Positions 31,074 through 39,329 of a stretch of DNA of 64,000 bases are shown here, piece after piece. The stretch spans positions 1,696,001 to 1,760,000 of the forward strand of contig CBDCTZ010000016.1 in NCBI GenBank assembly GCA_965222375.1, read 5' to 3'. Made by a program: the position numbers and the translations under genes. The notes beneath the pieces were generated by a model, which saw only the letters and a program-made list of their open reading frames with translations, had not been told where the DNA came from and ran no database searches. How positions within the stretch are numbered: position 1 is the stretch's first letter; every line of letters begins with the position of its first letter. Source of the DNA: Polyangiaceae bacterium. GTDB taxonomy: Bacteria > Myxococcota_A > Polyangia > Polyangiales > Polyangiaceae.

Positions 31074-32150
31074 TCATCGCTGGAGCTCTGCTACGGCCTC
31101 GACATGTTGCGTATGCGGAAACATGTCGAAGGCTCGTAGGGACTCGAGACGGAATTGCGGCTCGAGCCGCGCGACGTCTCGGGCGAGGCTCTGCGGATTA
31201 CAGGACACCAGGAGCAGGGTGCCGGAGCAGAGTCGCGACAGCTCGTCCGCCACATCACCGAGCCCAGCTCGTGGCGGATCTGCGACCACGAAGGCACTCG
31301 GCGATGCTGCGAGCTCCGTCAGCATTGCGCCAACCTCGGCGTGAACGACTCTCAACTCGCTGAGCCCCGCCCGCTGTGCTCCTTCGCGCATGGACTCCAC
31401 GGACAGGGGTGAGGACTCGACCGCAACGCCCGCTAGCCCCCGCGCCGCCAAGGGCAGGGCGAAGTTTCCGCAACCCGCGTACAGATCCACGAACTCGGTG
31501 GAGCCTTCGCGCCGCGCGCGTTCCAGTACGAAGCGCACCAGGGCTTGGTTGATGTCGTGGTTGACCTGGAGAAACGCGCCCAGGGCGACAGCGAGTTCGA
31601 TGCCCTCCGAGGCGTAGTGCTGCATTGGCGGTTCAGCTTCGCCCAAGAAGCCGATCAAGAAGCGCGGCCCCAGGCGGGTCTGCAGTGCGCTGCGCGCCGG
31701 TTCGAGATGGTCAGTGACAGCCGTCCGCGCGCCGGGTGGGGCAACATGGGGATCAGTGCTGTCGACAAGCGGCGCGAAGCACGCGGAGACTCGCCCCTTG
31801 GCGTCTTCGCCACGCACTTCCACCCATTGCAGCCCTTGCAACAGCTCGGGCGCTTCCGCCGCAGCGGCGCGAAGCTGCCCGATCGCATCCCGCAGACTGG
31901 CCTCGAGGACGACGCAGTCCGGGGCTTTCTCCGGGTTGAAGAACGCGATCGTCCCTTCGTCGATCCGAAGTCGCAACCGGTTGCGATAGTCGCGATCAGA
32001 ACCCGCGACCCAATCCACCTCGGGCAGCTCGACCGACTGTGCCTCGAATGCCTCCACAACGCGCTCGAGCTTGATGCGCTTCTGCTCGCTCGCCGACTTG
32101 CCCATCAGCGGACAACCGCCACAGCGCTCTTGGACGGGGCAATGGGTCAT
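31074..32150 (-). CDS. RlmD/RumA-like RNA (uracil-5)-methyltransferase
   Basis: CPVQERCGGC Fe-S motif, YRNR, FLQVN, DLYAGCGNF, DPPRAG, VSCNPQSLARD, DMFPHTQHVE; start reset to ATG 32150. Confidence 0.88.
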   Translation of the reverse strand: MTHCPVQERCGGCPLMGKSASEQKRIKLERVVEAFEAQSVELPEVDWVAGSDRDYRNRLRLRIDEGTIAFFNPEKAPDCVVLEASLRDAIGQLRAAAAEAPELLQGLQWVEVRGEDAKGRVSACFAPLVDSTDPHVAPPGARTAVTDHLEPARSALQTRLGPRFLIGFLGEAEPPMQHYASEGIELAVALGAFLQVNHDINQALVRFVLERARREGSTEFVDLYAGCGNFALPLAARGLAGVAVESSPLSVESMREGAQRAGLSELRVVHAEVGAMLTELAASPSAFVVADPPRAGLGDVADELSRLCSGTLLLVSCNPQSLARDVARLEPQFRLESLRAFDMFPHTQHVEAVAELQR

Positions 32151-32205
32151 CCTTGGGCACGGTGCTAGCACGTTGTGCCCGAGAACGAGACGGGCTCGTC
32201 GGGTG

Positions 32206-32556
32206 TCACGGGCGGTGCACGACTCGGACCAGCGTGCCGATGATGTGGTTGAAGTGTGCTCGGAGCTCTGGAGGCACGGGCGGCGAATAGCCCATAGCTT
32301 CGGCGAACTCGAGATTCGCGAGCGCTTCCCGCGCTTCGCCCAGCGCGATTTCGTAGGCGAGCCGGCGGCGCCCAGCGCGACGCGCTTCGTGATACCCGAC
32401 GGGGTGCAGCCCAGAGCCTTCAGCAAGGTTGTTGACGACCGACCCAAGAGACTTGCGCAACTGCACCGACGCCGCCCGATCAAAGCGCGCGATGCGATCC
32501 GCCAACGGCCGAACTTCGCGAGCCAATCGAACAGAGACTGGATACATACGAAGCAT
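32206..32556 (-). CDS. Four-helix-bundle protein (23S rRNA IVP/bAvd-like family) with apparent 9-aa insertion
   Basis: QLRKSLGSVVNNLAEGSG...YEIALGEARE...AMGY; RBS GAAAGGAA. Confidence 0.8.
   Translation of the reverse strand: MLRMYPVSVRLAREVRPLADRIARFDRAASVQLRKSLGSVVNNLAEGSGLHPVGYHEARRAGRRRLAYEIALGEAREALANLEFAEAMGYSPPVPPELRAHFNHIIGTLVRVVHRP
32380..32406. mobile_element. 27-nt putative mini insertion element, copy 1 (in-frame in four-helix-bundle gene)
   Basis: ACGCGCTTCGTGATACCCGACGGGGTG; 26/27 identical to 39242-39268. Confidence 0.6.
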
Positions 32557-32593
32557 GTTGAGGTTCCTTTCACAAAAAACAAACCACCTCAAC

Positions 32594-32680
32594 GCCGGCG
32601 CGCGCAGGTCGGCTCAAGGCTGGCTGCGCAGCAGCCACCGGCGAAGCCGGCTAGGCCTTGAACCGACCGAGCACGCTGGC
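32594..32680 (-). other. Branched stem-loop in the leader of the four-helix-bundle gene
   Basis: Outer stem 32607-32620/32655-32668 enclosing TGGCTGC-GCA-GCAGCCA and CCGGC-GAA-GCCGG. Confidence 0.6.
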
Positions 32681-32710
32681 ACAATCAAACTAACCAGCGA
32701 ACGGTGCGCC

Positions 32711-32755
32711 CGCGTCCACGCTCACGCTCACGCCCGCGCCCACGCTCACGCTCTC
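32711..32755. repeat. Degenerate hexamer tandem repeat (CACGCT/CACGCC/CGCGCC)
   Basis: cgcgtc cacgct cacgct cacgcc cgcgcc cacgct cacgct. Confidence 0.75.
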
Positions 32756-32785
32756 GGGAGTAGGGACATGGGTTACAGATCGCCC

Positions 32786-33148
32786 TCAAGCAGCAAATCC
32801 CGCCGCAGCCGAAATCAGTCCGATCCCTACGACTGGCATCCCAACCGAAACCCGGCAGACCACCAAGGAACACTGCACAAACCTCGAGCCACTCCAACGC
32901 CAGCGTCCCGTAAGCAGCGCTTGCCCACGCGCTATCCGCGCGACTGCCATCCCGGCGCCAACTAGAGCGAGCGTTCCAAACACCACTTCGCCGATCAGTG
33001 CTCGAGGCCGCGCAGGAAAGTCGGCGAACAGGGTCGAGGTAAAAAGCACGATGGCGAGCAAAGTCATGCCCGACCACACCGCTGCCTCAGCCGCGTACAC
33101 GCTATGGAGAAACTCCCGCCGTGGGTCTGCTTGGCTCTGCGACGTCAT
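32786..33148 (-). CDS. Small membrane hypothetical protein
   Basis: Hydrophobic segments; ATGA overlap with upstream PilZ gene. Confidence 0.55.
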   Translation of the reverse strand: MTSQSQADPRREFLHSVYAAEAAVWSGMTLLAIVLFTSTLFADFPARPRALIGEVVFGTLALVGAGMAVARIARGQALLTGRWRWSGSRFVQCSLVVCRVSVGMPVVGIGLISAAAGFAA

Positions 33149-33528
33149 GCGTAGGCGAGTTCGAGATCCGGTTTGAAGAACGGCTCGCTTTGGACCGATT
33201 GTTCGAGCGCGTCGAGGATGGCTTGTTGGATCTCGTCCTCCACGTCCGCGGTGGGATCGATCAGCTCCAGGGCCAGGGCCCAGATGCCTCGTTCGATGGG
33301 TGCGGCTCGCAGCACCCGTCCTCGCACGGCGACGGCGCGTTCGGGGGTCAGTTCGATGCGGAAATCGCCTTCTTGGCCCTCATACATGCCGACGCTGCCG
33401 GTGAGCAGCGCGCCAGCGGCACACAGGTTTTGAACGACGAATCGCCTGGCTTCCTGGCCGTCCTCGATGAAGACGGCGCTCGCGGGCAGTTCAACGCGAC
33501 GATGGGCTCTCTTCTCTTGGTCTCGCAT
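33145..33528 (-). CDS. PilZ domain protein
   Basis: RxxxR (RAHRR) and NLCAAG (D/NxSxxG variant); RBS GAAGGAGG. Confidence 0.78.
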   Translation of the reverse strand: MRDQEKRAHRRVELPASAVFIEDGQEARRFVVQNLCAAGALLTGSVGMYEGQEGDFRIELTPERAVAVRGRVLRAAPIERGIWALALELIDPTADVEDEIQQAILDALEQSVQSEPFFKPDLELAYA

Positions 33529-33699
33529 GACCCCTCCTTCGACACAGTCGAGAAACGTCAAGACAAGCCAGTGCTGGAAACCGAAAGCGAGATCCAGAAT
33601 AGCTACCGAGAGCAAAACGTCGACTGAAATGTGCGGCGCTGGCGCAGGGTTTCGCGTCGAGGGAGTGGCACGAAAAATTCCGTTCGAGTTTTCAGATGC

Positions 33700-35562
33700 T
33701 TAGCGGCTGATGCGCGGAAGCAGCACTTCGACCAGCTCGGATGCGAGAGTGTCCGCGTCACTCTCGTCGAGGGAGACGTGCGCGGCGAAGGCGTCCGGCG
33801 CCTCGTATTCGAAGGGACCGTGCAGTGCGTCATAGGTGCCGCGATGGTCGCGCTTGCGGCATGCCTCCAAGGGAGTGGCGACGTGGACTTCGAAAAAGCG
33901 GTTTGCGCCAACGACGTTCTTGACGGCTTGGCGGTCGCTCGCCAAGGGTGAGGCAAATCCGAAAATCACGACCAAGCCAGAGTCCGCGAAGCGCTGCGCC
34001 AGCTCCGGTGCATGGGGCGGGCTGCCACCGTGTGGGCCGCCACCCGCGGAGACTCCGTCGTGTGGGTCGATCACTACGGCCACGCGACCCAGGTCGAAGA
34101 GCCGCCGCTCCATAGCGTAGGCCAGCTCGCTCTTGCCGGAAGCAGGCAAGCCCGTGAGCCAGACCACGGCGCCGCTCTGTTCCAAACGATCGAAGCGCTC
34201 ACCCCGACTCACCAGGCTGTGTGGACCCAGCGCGCCGTGCTCCTCGGCCTCCTCGGCCTCGGCGCCTTCTGCGGCGATCATGCCTGCGGCCACGGTGTTG
34301 TTGGTGATGGGGTCGATCAGAACGAAAGCGCCCGTGGCGCGACAGGTCGTGTAGGCGTCGAAAAAGAGCGGCCGCAGGCAAGACACGACGACCTGGCCGA
34401 TGTCGTTCAGCTCCAGGTGCTTCGCCGGCACGGGGCTCAGAGTTTCCAGGTCCACGGCGTGGTTGACACGTTGGATTTCGGCTCGCACCTGCTGGGTGGA
34501 ATGCTTGAGAAAGTAGGTCTTTTCCAGGTCCAGAGGCCGCTCACTCATCCAAACCACGGTGGCCAGGAAGCGCTTCTTGGCGTTGGGTTGCCGCTGCGGA
34601 TGCACCAGCATGTCGCCCCGGCTGATGTCGATCTCGTCTTCCAGGCGCAGGCTCACGCTCATGGGCGCGAAGGCCGTATCCAACTCGCCTTCGAAGGTGT
34701 CAATGCCCGTCACGGTCGTCGTTTTGCGCGAGGGCAAAACCACGATCTTGTCGCCCTTGCTCACGCGGCCCGAAGCGATCTGGCCCGCGAAACCGCGGTA
34801 GCCGAGGTGGGGCCGCAGCGCGATCTGCACCGGGTAGCGGAAAGCGTCGTCCGCCTGGACGCGTGGCAAGGGCACCGTTTCCAGATGCTGCAGCAGCGTC
34901 GGGCCGTCGTACCAAGGCGTCTTGTCGCTTGGCGCAACGACGTTGTCACCGCCAAGGGCGCTCACGGGAATGAAAGTCACGCCAGTGAAGCCCAACTTGT
35001 CACAGAAGGCGGCAAACTCGTTTCGGATCGGCTCGAAGACGGCGCGGTCGAAGCCGATTAGATCCATCTTGTTCACGCACACGGTGAGCTCGGGAATGCC
35101 CAGCAGCGACGCGATGTAACCGTGGCGCCGCGACTGTTGCAGCACGCCCAGGCGCGCGTCGATCAAGATCACTGCGAGATGCGCCGTAGACGCGCCCGTG
35201 GCCATGTTGCGGGTGTATTGAACGTGGCCTGGCGTGTCGGCGATGATGAGTTTGCGCCTGTCCGTGGCGAAGTAGCGGTAAGCCACGTCGATCGTGATGC
35301 CCTGCTCCCGCTCGGCTTTCAGGCCGTCGGTGACCAAGGCAAAATCGATTTCCGCGCCCTCTTGCTTGGAGGCCCGCTTCACGGCGTTGAGCTGGTCCTC
35401 GTAGATCCCGTGGGTGTCGTGCAAGAGCCGACCAATCAGTGTGCTCTTGCCGTCGTCCACGGAGCCCACCGTCACGAAGCGCAGCAGCTCCTTCTCTTGA
35501 TGCCGTTTCAGGAAGCCTTCGATGTCGCTCTTGATCAGCTGCTGCTCAGCTTGGAAGCTCAT
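33700..35562 (-). CDS. cysN: Sulfate adenylyltransferase subunit 1 fused to a degenerate APS-kinase domain
   Basis: GSVDDGKSTLIGRLL, AEREQGITIDVAYRYF, DTPGH, NKMD; C-terminal WLTGLPASGKS. Confidence 0.93.
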   Translation of the reverse strand: MSFQAEQQLIKSDIEGFLKRHQEKELLRFVTVGSVDDGKSTLIGRLLHDTHGIYEDQLNAVKRASKQEGAEIDFALVTDGLKAEREQGITIDVAYRYFATDRRKLIIADTPGHVQYTRNMATGASTAHLAVILIDARLGVLQQSRRHGYIASLLGIPELTVCVNKMDLIGFDRAVFEPIRNEFAAFCDKLGFTGVTFIPVSALGGDNVVAPSDKTPWYDGPTLLQHLETVPLPRVQADDAFRYPVQIALRPHLGYRGFAGQIASGRVSKGDKIVVLPSRKTTTVTGIDTFEGELDTAFAPMSVSLRLEDEIDISRGDMLVHPQRQPNAKKRFLATVVWMSERPLDLEKTYFLKHSTQQVRAEIQRVNHAVDLETLSPVPAKHLELNDIGQVVVSCLRPLFFDAYTTCRATGAFVLIDPITNNTVAAGMIAAEGAEAEEAEEHGALGPHSLVSRGERFDRLEQSGAVVWLTGLPASGKSELAYAMERRLFDLGRVAVVIDPHDGVSAGGGPHGGSPPHAPELAQRFADSGLVVIFGFASPLASDRQAVKNVVGANRFFEVHVATPLEACRKRDHRGTYDALHGPFEYEAPDAFAAHVSLDESDADTLASELVEVLLPRISR

Positions 35563-36470
35563 CAGAAGTAGCCCTCCCGCTTCTTGACCTCCATGGAGCC
35601 GTCTTCGTCGAAGTCGATCAAGCGACCTTGGCGCTCGGAGAAGCGCGTCAAAAGCATCTCTTGGATGATTTCCTGCAGAGTGGTCGCGGTAGAGCGGATC
35701 GCACCGCTGAGTGGGTAGCAGCCCAGAGTACGGAAGCGCACCGTCTCCATGAACGGCGTTTCTCCGGGCAAGAGTCGCATCCGCTCGTCATCCACCATGA
35801 TCAACGCGCCCTCGCGCTCGACCACGGGGCGCTCTGCTGCGAAATACAGCGGCACGATGGGGATTTGTTCCAGATGGATGTAGAGCCACACGTCCAGCTC
35901 GGTCCAGTTGGAGAGGGGGAATACCCGGACCGACTCACCCTTGGTGATGCGACCGTTGTACAGACTCCACAGTTCCGGCCGCTGGTTCTTGGGATCCCAT
36001 TGCCCGAAGCGATCTCGGAACGAATAGATCCGTTCCTTCGCCCGAGAGCGCTCTTCGTCTCTGCGGGCCCCGCCGAATGCCGCGTCGAAGCCGCCCGTGG
36101 ATAGCGCTTGGAGCAGCGCTTGGGTCTTCATCACGGTGGTGTACTTCTGGCTCCCGTGATCGAAGGGGTTGATGTTCTCTTCCAGCCCCTGCTGATTCGT
36201 GTGCACGATGAGCTCCAGCCCGTGCTCCTTGCAGTAGCGATCCCGGAACTCGATCATGGCGCGGAACTTCCACGTCGTGTCGATGTGCATGAACGGGAAG
36301 GGTGGCTTGCCAGGATGAAACGCCTTGCGCGCCAGATGAGCCATCACCGACGAGTCTTTGCCGATGCTGTAGAGCATCACCGGCTGATCGAACTCCGCCG
36401 TCGCCTCTCGAATGATATGGATGCTCTCGGCCTCGAGCTGTTGCAGATGGCTCAGCCGATCCTCGGCCAT
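35562..36470 (-). CDS. cysD: Sulfate adenylyltransferase subunit 2
   Basis: [53 protein letters not shown]. Confidence 0.97.
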   Translation of the reverse strand: MAEDRLSHLQQLEAESIHIIREATAEFDQPVMLYSIGKDSSVMAHLARKAFHPGKPPFPFMHIDTTWKFRAMIEFRDRYCKEHGLELIVHTNQQGLEENINPFDHGSQKYTTVMKTQALLQALSTGGFDAAFGGARRDEERSRAKERIYSFRDRFGQWDPKNQRPELWSLYNGRITKGESVRVFPLSNWTELDVWLYIHLEQIPIVPLYFAAERPVVEREGALIMVDDERMRLLPGETPFMETVRFRTLGCYPLSGAIRSTATTLQEIIQEMLLTRFSERQGRLIDFDEDGSMEVKKREGYF

Positions 36471-36777
36471 GCCGTCCAAGCTGAGGGCGGAGCGGGCGGA
36501 CATGATTGCCGGCTTATTTAGCACTTTTCCGATAAAGTATTAGTGATTAGTTAAACGTCGGTAAATATTGTAAAATCCTAGGGATTAGGGCTCCTCGGGC
36601 CCCAGCGCTCGACAAAAAAATCCCCGATCCCCGACCGCCTAGGGTCGCAGGCCTGAACGCATGAGCGCTGCGAAGGGATCTGCGCGGCTCATACCGGGAT
36701 TGTCGCGCGATACGTCATTGCCGGGGATGCGGAGATATGGTCCTGTCCCGCCCTCGTCGGGGGGCGAAAGGATCGTT

Positions 36778-37962
36778 ATGCCCGCACTCACAGATTACGT
36801 GGTCTTCAAGGACCAGAAGCTCGCTCGGAAATACGCCAACAAGCGTATCCCCATCGCCACGCTATTCGAGGCCTACTTCGACGGCGACATCGATATCCCG
36901 GGCGATATCTACGAGTTCTTGGACAACCGCAATCTGTTCGTGAACTACAAGCTGACCCCGGACCACTTCAAGTGGGCCGTGACCAACTTCCTGCCGGAAG
37001 TGGCGATTCACAGCAAGAGCCAAGATACCCGCATCGTGCGTGAGCACTACGACCGCGGCAACGACTTCTTCGGCTGGTTCCTCGGCGAGCGCATGGTCTA
37101 CACCTCTGGTTTCTACCAGAACACGGATCAGACTCTAGAGCAGGCCCAGGACAACAAGATGGACCTGGTCTGCCAGAAGCTGCAGCTCAAGCCCGGGGAT
37201 CGCCTACTGGACATCGGTTGTGGTTGGGGCACCTTGGCCCGCCACGCTGCCAAGTACTACGGCGTGGATGCCACCGGCGTCACCCTGGCCAAGAAGCAGA
37301 CCGAGTTCGGCAACAAGCGCATTGCGGATTGGGGCCTTTCCGACCGCGCCCGCATCCTTTGCGCGGACTATCGCGACATTCCCAAGCAGAAGTTCAACAA
37401 GATCTCCAGCTTGGAGATGGTCGAGCACGTGGGCGTCAAGAACCTGCAGGGCTTCTACAACCAGTGCAACGACCTGCTCGAGGACGACGGCCTGATGCTG
37501 TTGCAGTGGACCGGCCTGCGCCGTGGGCTGAAGGGCGAGGACCTGATCTGGGGCTTGTTCATGAACAAGTACATCTTCCCCGGTGCAGACGCGAGCCTGT
37601 GCCCAGCACCCATGCTTCAGCACATGGAAAAGGCCAATTTCGAGACGCATAGCGTCGAGAACATCAGCATCCACTACCACTGGACCATCAAGGCCTGGCA
37701 CGACAACTGGCTGGAAAACAAGGACGCGGTGATCGCGGCCTACGGTGAGCGCTGGTTCCGCATTTGGCACTTCTTCTTGGCCTGGTCGACCATCATTGGC
37801 AAGCAGGGCAATGCCGCATGCTTCCAGGTGGTGATGAACAAGAACCTGGACCACTTCGACCGTACCCGTTGGGTTACCGACAAGAGCGTCGTGCTCGGGG
37901 ATCGTTCGGATCGCTTCGTGGATCGGGAAAAGCCTGCAGCGGCTTACGCCACCGCGGAGTGA
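36778..37962 (+). CDS. CFA-synthase-family SAM methyltransferase resembling fungal sphingolipid C9-methyltransferase
   Basis: HYDRGNDFFGWFLGERMVYTSG, LDIGCGWG, LEMVEHVG, EDLIWGLFMNKYIFPGADAS; RBS GAAAGGA. Confidence 0.85.
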   Translation: MPALTDYVVFKDQKLARKYANKRIPIATLFEAYFDGDIDIPGDIYEFLDNRNLFVNYKLTPDHFKWAVTNFLPEVAIHSKSQDTRIVREHYDRGNDFFGWFLGERMVYTSGFYQNTDQTLEQAQDNKMDLVCQKLQLKPGDRLLDIGCGWGTLARHAAKYYGVDATGVTLAKKQTEFGNKRIADWGLSDRARILCADYRDIPKQKFNKISSLEMVEHVGVKNLQGFYNQCNDLLEDDGLMLLQWTGLRRGLKGEDLIWGLFMNKYIFPGADASLCPAPMLQHMEKANFETHSVENISIHYHWTIKAWHDNWLENKDAVIAAYGERWFRIWHFFLAWSTIIGKQGNAACFQVVMNKNLDHFDRTRWVTDKSVVLGDRSDRFVDREKPAAAYATAE

Positions 37963-37966
37963 GAGC

Positions 37967-38932
37967 ATGGGTTTGCGCGGGCTCTTCGCGTTTGCGGCAG
38001 TCGTACTGAGTGCCTCATTCGCGGCAGCGCAGGGAACTCCGCCCGAAGAGCCGCCGCCCGCGGAAGCGCCGTCGGCAGAGCTCGCCCCACCTGGCGAGGC
38101 TCCGCCTCCGGCGCAACCTCCGCCCGGTGAGCCTCCGCCCCCAGTGCAGCCTCCCCCCGCGCAGCCCCCGCCCCCGGCGCAACCTCCACCGGCGGGTCCG
38201 CCGGCAGCTCGGCCTGGCTATGGTCAGCCTCCGCCTCCGGGTTACGGGCAACCACCACCTCCGGGTTACGGGCATCCACCGCCTGGCTACGCGCCACCGC
38301 CCGGGGGCTACCAGCAGCCTCCGCCTTACCCGCCGCCCCCGCCGCCGGGCCCGCCGCCCGGCGCGCATCTGCACGACGGATTCTATTTGCGCATGGGATT
38401 GGGCGTTGGCTACGGCAACGTCAAGAGCACGGGAGGGTCGGGAAGCACGGATCTGGAGATCACCTACAAAGGTTTCGGTCCCGTCTACGAATTGCTTCTC
38501 GGCGGCACGCCCGGCGGAGGCTTTGTCATCGGTGGTGGCTTCGTAGGTCAGGACATCAGCGATCCTGACCGCGAAGTCAGCGTGGGATCGAGCGGCAGCG
38601 CGTCCAGCACCACAGATGGCGCGCTGGGTGTGGTGGTGGTGGGCCCCTTCGTCGACTGGTTCCCTGATGAACGCGGCGGTGCCCACGTTGGCCTCATGCT
38701 CGGCATCGGTGGCATAGGCGTCCAGGACGAAAACGGCGACAGCGCGACGGGTTTTGGCGGCGCGCTGTTCGGTGGCTACGACTTCTGGATCGGAGAGCAG
38801 TGGTCCATCGGCCCGGAAGCGCGCATCGTAGCGGTGCGCACAGACCACGACATTGGCAGTGGCGCATCCAGGACCACGTTGGATGACACAGCGCTGAGCT
38901 ACGAACTCTTGTTCAGCGCGCTATTCCACTAG
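37967..38932 (+). CDS. Secreted Pro-rich protein with C-terminal outer-membrane beta-barrel-like domain
   Basis: Signal peptide, QPPP/PGYG repeats, HDGFYLRMGLG...GYDFWIGEQWSIG. Confidence 0.75.
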   Translation: MGLRGLFAFAAVVLSASFAAAQGTPPEEPPPAEAPSAELAPPGEAPPPAQPPPGEPPPPVQPPPAQPPPPAQPPPAGPPAARPGYGQPPPPGYGQPPPPGYGHPPPGYAPPPGGYQQPPPYPPPPPPGPPPGAHLHDGFYLRMGLGVGYGNVKSTGGSGSTDLEITYKGFGPVYELLLGGTPGGGFVIGGGFVGQDISDPDREVSVGSSGSASSTTDGALGVVVVGPFVDWFPDERGGAHVGLMLGIGGIGVQDENGDSATGFGGALFGGYDFWIGEQWSIGPEARIVAVRTDHDIGSGASRTTLDDTALSYELLFSALFH

Positions 38933-39318
38933 TGCATCGATTCAGCAGAATCGATGCACTAGCCCTTTCTAGTCGGGAGCGCAGCTCCCGCCCCGCGGAA
39001 GTGAATTCCGCGGGGCCCCACCCACAGGTTTCGGGGCCCCAGCCCCGAAACGCATCGTTCATTGGAATCGATGCACTAGCCCTTTCTAGTCGGGAGCGCA
39101 GCTCCCGCCCCGCGGAAGTGAATTCCGCGGGGCCCCACCCACAGGTTTCGGGGCCCCAGCCCCGAAACGCATCGTTCATTGGAATCGATGCACTAGCCCT
39201 TTCTAGTCGGGAGCACAGCTCCGGCCCCGCTGACATGAAGTACGCGCTTCGTGATACCCGACGAGGTGCATCGGGGCCCCCACTCCGAAACGCATCGTTC
39301 ATCGAATCGATGCACTAG
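38929..39318. repeat. CTAG-bounded tandem array of 117-bp multi-hairpin units (REP/BIME-like)
   Basis: GAATCGATGCACTAG at 38948, 39065, 39182, 39304; units 1 and 2 identical; opens with perfect palindrome CTAGTGCATCGATTC-agca-GAATCGATGCACTAG. Confidence 0.9.
39242..39268. mobile_element. 27-nt putative mini insertion element, copy 2 (splits a hairpin of repeat unit 3)
   Basis: ACGCGCTTCGTGATACCCGACGAGGTG; removal restores CCCCGCTGAC-ATGAA-GTCATCGGGG. Confidence 0.6.
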
Positions 39319-39329
39319 CGCGTTCGCGC

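Noticed and set aside
31074..32582. 502-aa ORF as listed
   Set aside because: The N-terminal 144 codons overlap the four-helix-bundle gene in another frame; methyltransferase similarity begins at ATG 32150.
38929..39318. CRISPR array
   Set aside because: Units 1 and 2 are identical over 117 bp, so there are no unique spacers; no cas genes in the window.
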